Shown: positions 37,829 through 51,450 of the stretch, piece after piece
How positions within the stretch are numbered: the first letter of the stretch is position 1
Layout of the letters: every line of letters begins with the position of its first letter
Assembly: GCF_006345805.1 (NCBI RefSeq)
Contig: NW_021834173.1
Coordinates: forward strand, 2,913 to 66,912
Direction of reading: 5' to 3'
DNA from: Octopus sinensis
Taxonomy: Eukaryota
Length of the DNA stretch: 64,000 nt
The notes under the pieces: model-generated
The model's database searches: none
Seen by the model: only the letters and a program-made list of their open reading frames with translations
What the model was told of the DNA's origin: nothing
Made by a program: the position numbers and the translations under genes

Positions 37829-40408
37829 AACACACACACACACAAATATATATATATTATATAATATATATATATATATATATATACCAAGAAATAAATC
37901 TTAGAGATGTATAAAGACAGATGTGTGTGTATGAGAGGGAGAAAGAGAGAGAGTAGCAAGAAGGGTGTTATCAGCAGGGAACCCAGCATTAAATTAAGAG
38001 ATATTTGGGTTATAATTGAAGAAGGAACTGAATAGAATAGTTTGATGGAGGTAAATGGAAATAGAGTTAAAGAAAGCAAAAGCATCTAATAAACATATAC
38101 ACAAAAAAAAAAATAAAGTTTTTAGAACCAAAATGATTTTATTAGAATAATCTAAATATAGAATTATTACCTGAAGACAGGTTAACCATTTTCTTGCTGT
38201 ATTTCTAAGTAAATAAATGTATGGCTTATGTATGTGTTTTAGGGAATTTTGAACATAGTAAAGAATTTGAAAAAAATCAGGAAATATCTTCTAGGTGTTT
38301 GGAAGATATTTTTTTTAATAAAAGATTCCTCTATAGGAATGGAAGGCTATAAGTGAAATAAAAAAAATAATCCCCTTTGTTCATAAGTGACCATGGGATT
38401 GAACCTAGAAAGTCCACCCCCACCCCCAAGACACAAGTCTGGGTAAGATTGTTTATGGAAGACCAGCAGTCACCCATGCATACCAGCCTCCCCTCCTCTC
38501 TCCATGCCACTGATGTTATTCAAGAGAAAAGCAACGGTTGATACATCTTGGCACCAGTGATGTCACAACACATTTCCACAGCTGAGTGCACCGGAGCAAT
38601 GTGAAAAATAAAGTGTCTTGCTCAAGAACTCAACACACAGCCTGGTCCAGGAATTGAACTCACTCTACCTCATGATTGTGGTAGTGAGTTTGATTCCCGC
38701 ACCAAGGGGTTTTTTGTATCATGGAACTAGAGGAAAGTTCAAAATGGTTAGCAGTACAAAAAGGGTTTGGTACCAAGAGGCTGAACAAACTTTGAGATAT
38801 TTGTATTTTTAGAGACAGCAACAAGAGTTGTGACTAGGGATGCAATGATTTAAACATTGCAAATGTGTAGCCATGGTGTACACATGTGTGTAGCCAGGTG
38901 TACACATGTGTGTATGTGTGCATGTATATGTGTGAATGTGCATGTGTGTGCATTCTGACCAAGTCAACTTTGCCCTTTATTTTCCCTGTGCAAGTACATA
39001 CAAGTGATCAATTGTGTCCCAACCATTTTATAAATCAGTGGTTTTGCACTGCAATAAGAAATCAATATGAAACAATATTGGTAGTGATCAATTTATTCTT
39101 GTGTTCTTATTTCTACTGGAGCAATATTCCCATTTCAATTAAAAATCATTTGGTGTTCCCCCACCCCCATACAGCTTAGGTCTGACCAAATTTTTCTTAT
39201 TTGCAATAATATAAAGACACACCTTTACATTCTGAGTTCAAATGCTGCGAAGGTCAACTTTGCATTCCATTCCTTTGCATACTTTGTGCAGTTGTGCACT
39301 GGGGTTGATGTAATCAGTTTACTCCCTCCCTGGAATTTGGTGGCCTTGTGTCAAAATTCGAAATCAATAATATCACACACAGATGTACATAGATAATCAC
39401 ATAAAATCTTTCATGACTAAATGAAATTGTTTGGGTCTAAAATTGTCTCTTCAAGATATTTAAAGTATTTTTCTTAAAATCATTGGCACTATTCCATCAT
39501 CAAAGATTCATCCTATGGATTTGTTTGTGCCAGATTCTTGTTCAAAACAACTGAAGTTCACAAGATGCAAACAGGAATCTCATTTGAGAGTAAGAGTTGT
39601 CAATTATCTTGAGGCAAAAAAAATTCTGACTAGAAGAAACCTTTATGGCATTTACCTTTAACAAGAATATTTTGATAATACTGAAGAATTTTGTGCAGGT
39701 GGATTGTGACTTGTTGAACACAAAAAATACAGATGTTACAAGAAACCAAGCATAACCCTTTCCACCATCACTGCATACAATTCAACAATGTACTCTCTTC
39801 AGATTTCCTCCCTAAAAATTATAACTACCTGTTCAATCTTTTGGTCACTAGCATGAAGCTGACCACCCTTACCAACACCAGAGCTTGTAGTTCTGTACAC
39901 TGCATGGCAACTTCAATAATACAGGTGACATGGGATAAAAGCACTCAGTCCACACAGAGAAAGTGGAAGGGCATCCAGTCATAGAAAACATGCTAATACA
40001 AACTTTGGAGTATGAAGAAGTTTTTGGACACAATGGATCCTTGTCAAACTATCCAACCCATGCCAGTATGGAATTCAGATGTTAAATGGTGATGAATGAA
40101 TAAATGAATTAATTACTCAACTTTTATTTTAATGGCTAATTGAAATCAATGATGAAGAACTAACAAGAAAAACACTAGTTTTAAAGGAAACTTTTCCCAA
40201 AGTTCTACAGATGACAATTTCAGAGTTGCAGCACTAATTACCAGCCAATTACAACCAAACCTGTCAAGAAGCAGAACAACAATCAGCAATTATAGGTTAT
40301 AAATCAGAAAGGTGCTTTACTCATTGTTAATAATGTATTTCTATTAAATTAACAAAATCTCATCATCACCAAATTAATGTTTTACATCACCATTATCTTA
40401 CTTTTCAG

Positions 40409-40487
40409 ACATTTCAATCTCATCTCAATCCAAGCCATTGCTTTGTTTGGGAATAATTCCAAGACATACTAATAGTTCCTTTGACAA
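40409..40487 (+). CDS. Candidate 79-nt internal exon
   Basis: Strong acceptor CATTATCTTACTTTTCAG|, open frame ISISSQSKPLLCLGIIPRHTNSSFD, donor CAA|GTGAGA. No recognisable homology. Confidence 0.2.
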
Positions 40488-41079
40488 GTGAGAGATCAAC
40501 AAGAAAGTAGGCCTTGTGAGTTACACAGTAACACGACAAGGTACATTTGGACAGATTTAACAAAACTCAATACAGATAATGAAATGAAATCAATAAAAGT
40601 GTCGAGGAATCAATGCCTTACACAAGCATTAAAGGCATCAAATTTAGCCAAATACACCACAATAATAAGAAAGAAGAGCAAAAATAATATAGATTTCAAG
40701 AATAAGGTTGGAACTGAATGACTTAAGATTAATGTGACCCAAAGAAACAGGAATCTCAATTGAAGCTATGTTCAGTATCTCAGATGGTAGAATGCCAGAA
40801 AGGAAGTGTGTTCTTCTGAGCTTTGATTATCAAACAACTTGTAAAGAATGATGGCTTAGGTTACCGCAAACTGATAACGCACAGCAACAGAAAAGATGTA
40901 ACTTATAATACAGATGCTGTAAAGATGTGTGTATATATCATATATACAGATGTAACTAATAGCACAGTATGTATATATATATCATATCGTATAATACAGA
41001 TGTAAATGATAGTACAGTGTGTATATATCATATAATAGAGGTGTTGTAAAGATGTAACTAATAGTATATTTTATGTGTG

Positions 41080-41127
<48 letters not shown>

Positions 41128-41512
41128 ATATCATATCTATCTAATATCTAATATCTATCTATCTATCTATCTAAAATCTATCTCCAAAAATTCCATGAGT
41201 CTTTGTGTTTATCCAAAATGGAGACGAACATCTTTCCTCCATGTAATCAGTTTGAAGAATTGTAAAGATATTTTCCTATTTTTCTTAACATGAAACCAAT
41301 GATAGCCTTGATACACAAATAAAGAATTTCTATTCACCAGTGAACATATATATATCTTGCAATACATGTATATGATACAGATGTGTAGTGCAACAAATAC
41401 AAGGAAAATATATTTTACAACAAATCGTTTGAGAAATTACTGTAAATAAAAGTTTCAATTACAGTCATACCCATATAAATAAGGGCTTACAGATAATCCA
41501 CTTTATTATTCA

Positions 41513-41884
41513 CTAGCACTATGACCCGGCGTTGGCGGGTCATAGTGCTAGTGCATGCATATACAGCTGCATGTGTGCGCACATACACGCGAGTACTGTC
41601 CAAATCTCAGACCAATCACATACAGCTAGCTGGCATTCAATTGGCGTATCAAGTTTCGGGCATTTTGAATGGGTTTTGGATAGAAAATTCACAAAAAAGT
41701 CACTTCTATTGATTTTTTTAATGGCTTTGTGGGATGACTGGGAAAATGTAAAGATGTGCACGACCACCCTTGGACGGTTTTGAATGACCATAGAAAGTGT
41801 GAGCCCTCTAACTGAAAAATTGTGGATTTGTATAAAGGATACACACACACACACACACATTTTGCGTTTATATGTATATATAGA
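41513..41884 (-). mobile_element. Non-autonomous Helitron (372 bp)
   Basis: On the minus strand the 5' end is A|TCTATATATAC and the 3' end is CCCGCCAACGCCGGG hairpin + TCATAGTGCTAG|T. It sits between A and T with no TSD. Confidence 0.85.
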
Positions 41885-41910
41885 TAACAAAGCCTAATTT
41901 AAATGTGTAT

Positions 41911-42128
41911 ATACTCTTTACTCTTTTACTTGTTTCAGTTATTTGACTGTGGCCATGCTGGAGCACCACCTTTAGTCGACCCCAGGACTTATTCTTTGTA
42001 AGCCTAGTACTTATTCTATCGGTCTCTTTTGCCTAACCGCTAAGTTACGTGGATGTAAACATGCCAACATCGGTTGTCAAGTGATGTTGGGGGGACAAAC
42101 ACAGACACACAAACATATACACACACAG

Positions 42129-42159
<31 letters not shown>

Positions 42160-42332
42160 CATATATACAACAGGCTTCTTTCAGTTTCTGTCTACCAAAT
42201 CCACTCACAAGACTTTGGTTGGCCCGAGGCTAAGGTAAAAGACACTTGCCCAAGGTGCCACGCAGTGGGCCTGAACCAGGAACCATGTGGTTGATAAGCA
42301 AGCTACTTACCACACAGCCACTCCTGCGCCTA
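41911..42332 (-). mobile_element. SINE family A, full length, young
   Basis: Complete head (TAGGCGCAGGAGTGGCTGTGTGGTAAG) through to the (AAGAGTAA)n-like tail. Confidence 0.9.
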
Positions 42333-42860
42333 CATCTTAGTCTTCTATTATTATAATTCCTTTCACATCTAGAATGTTTTGCGAGAATAAAAGGAAAACT
42401 GATGACGTTATAGAAAGAAACAGCAAAGACTGATTTTAGGAGGCTGAACCTCACAAAGGAGATAGCAGGACATTGTTAGATGTTCAACTGAAGAGGACTC
42501 TTCCACCCCATGTAGGCAAGGAAAAACAGATGTAGATTGACAATCAGGACAATACACTCTCTATATATAAAAATATATTATAATTACTATCTGTAATAAT
42601 GCAGATTAATAGAGTCAATTGCTTGAGCTTTCAGTAATTAGGTTCATCCATCAATGCCCTGGGGGTTTGTTTCTTTTGTGTGTGTGTGGGGCAGTGGGTA
42701 TTTTTCTGAGAATGTTTAGTTGTGTGGTTCAGTTGATTTGATAGAGAATTATTTTAATGATGAAAGGATGAATTCTTAAAGTGGGATTTGAACTCAGAAT
42801 GCAGATGTCTACAAGCAAATACTAAAGTTATATTATCCAAGACTTCAATGATTCTATGAA

Positions 42861-43540
42861 TGCACTTACTTCACAGCCATGTGGTCAGTCCCACTGCAAG
42901 TTGTGCAAGTGTCTTCTACTGTGGGTTTGAGCCGACCAAAATCATGTAATTGGATTGGGTGGATGGAAACTGAAGGAAGCCCATTGTATGTGTGTGCATG
43001 TGTGTGTGCACACACGTGTGCGTATGTGCGAGAAGACTCATCAAGCCAAGTGAAATCACAGTCACGACTGATGCTGGTGTCACGTAACTAGCATGTAAAA
43101 AGCACCTTTTGAGCATTGGGCCTCATGGAGGCATGATGGCTGATGCTGGTGCCACATGAAAAGTGCCTTTTTGAGTGTTGGACCCCATGGAGGCAATGAC
43201 AGATGACTGAGACCTTTAGTATTATGCTATGCTTGAGAAGAAGACCCAGCAAACCAAGTGGAATCATAGTCATGGCTGATAATGGTGTTACACAGATGGC
43301 ACCTGTGCCAGTGGTATTTAAAAGCACCCAGTACACTCTCAGAGTGGTTGGCTTTAGAAAGGGCATCCAGCTGTAGAACCCCATGCCAAATCAGAAACCA
43401 TACCATAGAACTCCAGCTGTAGAAACCATGCCAGATTAGACTAGAACCTTCCAGCTTGCCAGCCCTGGTCAAACCATCCAACCCATGCCAGCATGGACAA
43501 CAGCCTTTAAATGATGATGATGATGATGATGATGATGATG
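42861..43540 (+). mobile_element. Composite SINE: family-A head + tandem-unit body + D tail (GAT)n
   Basis: CAGTCCCACTG...GCAAGTGTCTTCTACTG...GGAAACTGAAGGAAGCCC, then (GT)n, GAGAAGAC..AAGCCAAGTGAAATC units, and CCAACCCATGCCAGCATGG...(GAT)n. Confidence 0.75.
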
Positions 43541-43794
43541 GTATTTTTATATCACTGCTTCCATGGCTTTGTGTTTATCGTTGTTCCCCATGACCACCAT
43601 CACTTTACAAGTGATGTTGGTTTGTTTACATCTGTCACTTAGCACTTCAACAAAATGAGGCTGATAGATTAAGTACCAGGTTTAAAAATAATCATCGTGG
43701 TTGATTTGTTTAACTAAACCATTTAAGGCAGTACCCAAGCATGGCTGCAGTCCAATGACTGAAACAAGTAAATAATAAAGGGTAACTGATAAAT

Positions 43795-44102
43795 ATCTAT
43801 ATACACATATATATGAGTGTGAATATATATATATATATATATACACATGCACATATACATATATACACATATACATATATATACATATATATATATAGAT
43901 ACATATATATATACACATATATATATACACATATATATATATACACATATATATACACATATATATATATACACATATATATATACACATATATATATAC
44001 ACCATATATATACACACATATATATATACACATATATATATACACACACACACATATATATATATATACATATATACATACATATATATATATATACATA
44101 CA

Positions 44103-44157
<55 letters not shown>

Positions 44158-44231
44158 ATATATACACAAGTATATACATACATATATATATATACATACA
44201 TATATATATATATACATACATATATATATAC

Positions 44232-44271
<40 letters not shown>

Positions 44272-44289
44272 ATATATATTATACACAAG

Positions 44290-44321
<32 letters not shown>

Positions 44322-44457
44322 TATATATATACATATATGGATATATATACACACACATACATATATATATACATATAAATATGTATAAATAAATGCATAC
44401 ATATATATGCATATGTATAGATTAACATACAATATATATATATATATATATATATAC
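43795..44457. repeat. About 660-bp compound (TA)/(CA) alternating purine-pyrimidine tract
   Basis: Directly visible; source of six-frame Y/I/H/T ORFs. Confidence 0.95.
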
Positions 44458-44561
44458 AGTAGGTAGGTAGGCAGAAGATACCAAGAGAGTGAGAGAGAAT
44501 TTATTGATCACCTCTGCATAAATTGATGAATCGTGATAGGTTGGTCTATGTACATGTAAGC

Positions 44562-44594
<33 letters not shown>

Positions 44595-46763
44595 CTGTAT
44601 GTGTATCTGTATGAGTATGTATACTCTCTCCCTCCCCCCATGGAATATCAGCAGAGAGAGACAATATTAAGCATTAGGTTGACCTACTGATCTACAAGAT
44701 CAAGCAAACCAATTCGGTTCAGCTAGAATATTAATTACAGTTTCTCTCTAAATTTTTTGTTGTTGCTTTTTTTTTGTTTGTTTGTTTTTTACTGAAAGAT
44801 TTGCACCTTGTTTCATTTTCCTGCCCTCCCTCTCTCGTTCTCCTGTCCCTCTTACCGACACACACACACACACACACCACACACACACTCACATCCATCT
44901 CTATCATCCTTCTTTATGTTTTCTCTTTTGCTGCTAGCTTGTTCTTTTTCTTTTTTTTTTTTTTTTTACTGTTTGAGATGTTTTTCTTTTTTGGGTATTT
45001 ATTTATATATTTTATTTATTTATTTATTTAAGGTGAAGGCTCTAGGTTCTGAACTCCTTCGGTTGCTTCTTTTTCTTTTCTTTTTTTTATCTTTTTTCTT
45101 CCACCAGGCTTGCCAGGGTGCTAATTAATATAGTCATTGCAATATAAGTGTGTAGGGGGGGGAGAGATAGAGAGAGCAACAGAGAGAAATAGATAGAGAG
45201 GGTGGGACGGAGGGGCAAAGGAAGGGAAGGAGGAAGGAAGAGAGGAATAGAGAAGCTGTTATCTTTTAGGCTTTCTACTTGCTCAAACAACCCCACCCCA
45301 ACATTACGCACCCCACCACCCCAATCCGTTGTCCTCACCACACCCTCCACCCAAAACATCACATCACATCACATCACATCGCATCACACCATTGCCGCTT
45401 CCATCAACACCGTTGCCACTTATTGCAATTCTCTAAACCCCACCACCACCACCACCACCCTCTCTCCACCCCCACCCCGCCCAACACCCACCACCGCACC
45501 CCACTCACCTACCACAACATACGCTTCCTCCCTTCTCTATCACCACACCTAGCACCATCACTACCACCACCACCTCAATCCCAAAACATACGCACCAAGC
45601 ACCAACATCACACCACCACCACCAACAATAACAACTACCATTACTATTGCCACTACCAACACAATATCTCACTACACACACACACATACATACACACCTA
45701 GTACCAACACTACCTCCATCATCACACCTAACACCACCACCACCATCACCACCACCACTATTATTACAACTACCACTGCTGCTGCTGCTACCAGTACCAT
45801 TTGTATTTAGAAACTTTCATATAGATGCTATGCTACCAGAAAATAATCTTGCAGCCTCTTCATATGAACCAAAAGAATTACCTCCTATCTGTCCAATGAC
45901 TACACACACACACACACACACACAGCTACCGTTCTATATACTGCATCTTTTTTCCATCAGATCATTTTGCTTAGTATAGCTTAGCTTAGCACCGACAGTT
46001 CTAACCCAGAAGAACCAAAAACAACAGCAACAATAACAACAACAACAAAAACAAAAACAACAGCAGCATGATGATAGTAAACGTTGAGCCTAAATAAGGT
46101 ATTCTCAATTATGGTAAATTGGTACCACCTCCGGTGTGTCTATGGAAAAGAATTACAATGAGTGTGTGTGTGTGTGTTAGGGAGTGAATGAGTGTGTTTG
46201 CATAACAACAATTATGCAAAAATAAATGTGCTTATATATGTATGTATGTATATATACACACAAATAGGCAATGCATATACAATGATACAATGCATTCCCA
46301 TACAACAGGTGCACAGACAATATAAATGCATACAACCTATGTGCATACATTAAATGTGCATTTGAAAGGCATGCACACACTATATGCACACAGTAATTAT
46401 GCATATTAGAGATTCACGTTTGGTACATATGCACACATATATACATACATGCACAATATATGCATGCTTAAAATACTGTGCACGCTTTATATGCATTTCA
46501 AAAAAATATACATGCACCCATGACATGCACTTAAAATGCATGCATTTGTTATATAAACTTCAACTACATGTACATGCATGCATGTGCAGACATACACAAC
46601 TGCACATCTACAGATGCAAAAATTCTTATAATGCAATGCAATATTCCTCAGTATTTTTGTTTTCCATATAATCAAGAATTCTCTTTTAGAATTATGATTC
46701 ATGAAAATTCTAAGACCAACACCACTACCACCACTACTGTTGCCACCACTAAAACCACCATCA

Positions 46764-46797
<34 letters not shown>

Positions 46798-47845
46798 TTA
46801 AAAAATGGTTTCCTAACTGAAAATACTTAAATCAGGCAAGCTAATGCAAAGAAAAACAAAGGCAACCTTTAACCATAGAAGCATTTTTACTGTACAGAGC
46901 ATATCTTAGAAGATCTATACCTATTGATTACATGTGTCTGCTACCGCTACTGCTGCTGTTGTTATAATTGTTTAGTCCCAGGTGAGCCCTGAACAAGATA
47001 GACCTATGATCAAAAATGTTACAGCTGTAACCATCCTATCTTTTATTCAAATATAGTATATCTAGGACTTCACTATATAATGTATAGAACAGTCTTTATT
47101 ATTAGTGATTGTAGCTGCTGTTTAATTCCAGGTCAGTCTTGACCTAAAAGGCCTACAATCAAAATAGTTCTTGCTGTGGTCATTTCATCTTCTATTCAGG
47201 CATAGTTTATCAAGGACTAGATTATCCAAAGTGATCCTTCCTTGTTTAAAGACAGTGAGGTATAATGTGACAAGGTTTTGACTGCTATTTCTAAAAAGCA
47301 AACAACCACATAAGCAGTTCCTTGTTGACTTATATTGATTACAGGTGTAAAGAAAAAAAAAAGTGTTAAAATATGTATTTACTGCTATCAAAGGTGAAGG
47401 TTGATACAACACCTGTGCACCTAATTTACTGGAAGCCAATCCTGTCTGAATATAAATGAAGTAACCATTTAAGTAAATTAATTACTTTAATTATACTATT
47501 TCCCCCCATCTCCTCTGCCCACCTCTTCCTAATTTTGAGAGAGTAAAGTCAAAAATAATTTTGATTACCATTTTATTGTAATATCTACAGTTGTTGTTAC
47601 AGTGAAGTGTATGCATGCACATACATACACACACATTCATGATATTGATCATCATAACTATCATCAATGTTCAAACATCCATTTTCCTATCTTAAGAGGG
47701 GTTTGATGGGTTTGTTGCACAAAATATCACCAACTTTCTTACTTAGTCTTTTAATAATCTCCCCTATGAGACCAAGCACCAAATCAAGAAAATGGAATTC
47801 TTTTGCATATTCAACAATTTTTCGAAGACGGTATATTGGTATTTT

Positions 47846-48107
47846 AGTGGAGGCGCGTGGCTTAGTGGTTAGGGTGTCAGCATCATGATCATAAGATTGT
47901 GGTTTCGATTCCTGGACCAGGCGACACGTTGTGTTCTTGAGCAAAACACTTCATTTCACATTGCTCCAGTCCACTCAGCTGGCAAAAATGAGTAATGCAG
48001 CGATGGACTGGCGTCCCGTCCAGCGGGGGAACACATACGCTATTGAAACCGAGAAACCGGGCCCATGAGCCTTGGCTAGGCTTTAAAAGGGCACATTTAT
48101 TTTTTTT
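47846..48107 (+). mobile_element. tRNA-derived SINE family C, young
   Basis: A box TGGCTTAGTGG, B box GTTTCGATTCC, CpG-rich. 14-bp TSD TATATTGGTATTTT (47832-45 and 48108-21). Confidence 0.92.
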
Positions 48108-48549
48108 TATATTGGTATTTTGAGATTTGAGGAAGATTTGGCTGCCTGTTCTTGTCTGTCAAACAACTACGCAGAGATTTCATCACTCGTAAAAATGTTT
48201 CATGCAGAAAAAATAAAAACTTTGAATGACGATAGATAAAAACAATTCTGAAATTCTGCAATACAACACCAACAGCATTAAAACCAGTTTTATAAAAATA
48301 AATGATTTTATCATCATTATGAGATTGATGCAGCAATAATTCCAGAAATATTCTGACTACCAGAACGCATACCATTTCCAGTTATACACAAAACAAAACA
48401 TTCATAAGAGTGATAGTTTTATACTGTACATAGATGATACATTAAAAGTAAAATAAAACAGGTATTCATTGAAATTTACAGGAAATGTAGGCTTTCATAA
48501 ATAAATAAAATATAGCAATATAAAACATGTAAATATCATACATGTATAC

Positions 48550-48800
48550 TTTTCTACTCTAGGCACAATGCCCGAAATTTTGGGGGAGGGGGCCAGTCAA
48601 TTAGATCGACACCAGTATGCAACTGGTACTTATTTCAGACCCCAAAAGGATGAAAGGCAAAGTCAACCTTTGTGGAATTTGAACTCAGGACAAAATACCG
48701 CTAAGCATTTTGCCTGGCGTGCTAATGCTTCTGCCAGCTCACCACCTTAAATATTATCTTTTCTACTCTAGGCACAAGGCCCAAAATTTTGGGGGAAGTC
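48550..48800 (-). mobile_element. SINE family B plus the start of a second copy
   Basis: TTTCTACTCTAGGCACAA.GCCC occurs at both 48550 and 48760. Confidence 0.8.
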
Positions 48801-49380
48801 CATACCAACCCTAAACCAATTACAGCTCTTCCACATAGGTAACCTCCAGTTCCCTCTATCTAGCTGCTACAACTCCTTCACATACAATTCCTCAACTTGC
48901 TTTGGAACAATCTACCGAATATCATGACAAGGAACAAACTGAAATCATATTTTACAAAGTGTGAAGAAAACTAAAAAAAAAAAGATGCTCTAACTGGTTC
49001 TAATAAGAAATCAAATCAAGGTTTTCATAATTCCATTCCCTGCACAGCTTCCACCACCCCGGACACTGAAGTGTCCAAAATAATTATGGATTTAATTATA
49101 ATGAAGGCAGAAGTGTACAAAAATATATACAATCACCCCATTTACACTCTAAAAAATAATCAGCATCATAAAAAAATCAGAAATAAATTCTAACACAATG
49201 CAGCAACGCCATACATGGTCGGAATAAAACTCAACATTGAATGACTAAACAAGGAAACTGACAAATAAATATCATATATGAATAAACAAACTGTAGAAAG
49301 ACAAAACTGGTAAATATTTATATCGAATCACGAAAATAACATTAACCCTTAAGCATTTAAACTGACCACATCTGGTCAAA

Positions 49381-49645
49381 GTGGGGGTGCGTGGCTTAGT
49401 GGTTAGGGTGTCAGCATCATGATCGTAAGATTGTGGTTTCGATTCCTGGACCGGGCAACGCGTTATGTTCTTGAGCAAAACACTTCATTTCACGTTGCTC
49501 CAGTTCACTCAGCTGGCAAAAATGAGTAACGCTACAATGGATTGGTGTCCCGTCCAGCTGGGGAACACATACGCCATAGAAACCGGGAAAACCGGGCCCA
49601 TGAGCCTGGCTAGGCTTTAAAAGGGCGCATTTATTTTATTATTAT
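49381..49645 (+). mobile_element. SINE family C, young, inserted in piggyBac-type MITE-2 (49346-49826)
   Basis: Very similar to 47846-48107. TSD ATCTGGTCAAA / ATCTGGCCAAA (49370-80, 49646-56). Confidence 0.9.
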
Positions 49646-49873
49646 ATCTGGCCAAAATATCTTACTGGTTTTATGTTCAAACTGGCCAGATCTGGCTTCA
49701 CACATCTACCTTGCAATGTGGCTCTTAAAATAAACAATCCCATCGTTGAAATCTCAAAGCTATGAGATAATGCATGATTAATTCAAAACAACGTGAATAA
49801 ATAAGGATATTTGACAGAGTAATCTGTTAAACCATTGCATAGAGAAATTAGTAGCAACAACATCAACAACAAG

Positions 49874-50026
49874 ACCCCAGGACTTATTCTTTGTAAGCCT
49901 AGTACTTGTTCTATCAGTCTCTTTCACTGAACTGCTGAGTTACAGGGATGTAAACACACCAGCATCAGTTGTCAAGCGATGTTGGGGGGACAAACACAGA
50001 CAACACACACGCACATATATATATAT

Positions 50027-50088
<62 letters not shown>

Positions 50089-50260
50089 AATATATACGAC
50101 GGGCTTCTTTCAGTTTCCGTCTACCAAATCCACTCACAAGGCTTTGGTCGACCCAAGGCTATAGTAGAAGACACTTGCTCAAGGTGCCACACAGTGGGAC
50201 TGAACCTGGAACCATGTGGTTGGTAAGCAAGGTACTTACCACACAGCCTCTCCTACGCCT
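49874..50260 (-). mobile_element. SINE family A (3' end missing)
   Basis: Collinear with 41911-42332. Confidence 0.85.
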
Positions 50261-50458
50261 AAATAGGTAATCTCATATAGATACGTTTCTCAACATCAAT
50301 GAAACTTCAATTACATTTTCTGCTATACATGCACACACTGCACCCCCTTAAGAAATACGAAGAAATTCTGGCAAGCAAAGAGACTGTTATAATGCAAAGC
50401 CTATGTAGTGCACACAACACTTCCAGAATTTGACATTTCTTGGATGGAATATCACAGG

Positions 50459-50596
50459 GTGCTCTCCTCTCAGCCCATCTGTTCAGCTTATGCTTTTGAT
50501 TTCCTTACACCTCAAAACATTCAGGTGCTCTTCTCTCAGCCCATCTGTTCAGCTTATGCTTTTGATTTCCCTACACCTCAAAACATTCAGGTGCTC
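50459..50596. repeat. 66-bp direct tandem duplication (about 2.1 copies)
   Basis: GTGCTC recurs at 50459, 50525 and 50591; the two units differ at about 2 positions. Confidence 0.9.
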
Positions 50597-51002
50597 CTCA
50601 TAGTCAAACACCATTCTCTACTGCAAAACTATTCCAAGCCTAAGTTAGAACACCCAGTAACCACGGATCTGCAACAGCAGACTTAAAGTAGCATCTACCA
50701 AATCTACTATTTACATCTATTAACAGCAACATAAGCCAACCATAAAACTCCACAAACAACATATCACACACAGACAGCAAAAAACTAACAATCAACACCA
50801 CCACAAAATTCACAACAGCACAACTGATGCGCAAACCTGCTAAGGGTAGTCACAGGTATCACAATTGAACAGCAGAAAGAAATAACAACATAGGGGTATA
50901 AACAATAACACGTAGATCTATCATGGTGTATGGCAGTCCTGATGGAGACATAATTTCTTCACTGTACACCACAATAAACTACAGAGAACATGCCTACACA
51001 AC

Positions 51003-51450
51003 ACATCATAACATGTTGTACATAATCCACACCCACAAAATACACTACACACCATAATGGGTTGCAAAGAGTGCACACCCACACAGCAGGTTCTAAACAG
51101 TTCACACCCACAAACTGCACAACATATCATAACATGTAGTAAACAGGCCACACCCACAAACCACAGATCATAACAGCCCACATCCACAAACCATATTACA
51201 CATCATAAGAGGTTGCAAACAGGCCACACCCACAAACTGCTCTACACATCATAACAGGTTGTACACAGTCCACACACATACAAAACACACATCATAAGAG
51301 GTTGCAAACATGCCACACCAACAAAATGCACTACACATCATAACGGGTTGTACACAGTCCACACCCCAAAACACACTATACATCATAACATGTAAGCAGG
51401 TCACACCCACCACTCATACTATACATCATAAGAGGTTGTACACAGTCCGC
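51003..51450. repeat. About 45-bp degenerate minisatellite (CATCATAACAGGTTGTACACAGTCCACACCCACAAACTGCACTACA)
   Basis: CATCATAA recurs at 51201, 51247, 51290, 51336, 51381 and 51424. Confidence 0.85.

Noticed and set aside
39480-39680. Possible piggyBac transposase remnant (DESLM-like on the minus strand)
   Set aside because: Only a 5-residue match among many stops; not supportable.
40488-40800. Possible Penelope GIY-YIG remnant (YI..T, LAKY...NIDF)
   Set aside because: The similarity is too diffuse to call without a profile search.
43682-44432. Five 180-230-aa ORFs on both strands
   Set aside because: Translations of a TA/CA microsatellite (only Y, I, H, T, M, C, V).
47846-47925. tRNA gene (Met-like head with A and B boxes); also the A and B family heads
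   Set aside because: No complete cloverleaf or acceptor stem. The heads continue directly into SINE bodies and have TSDs, so they are SINE heads, not tRNA genes.
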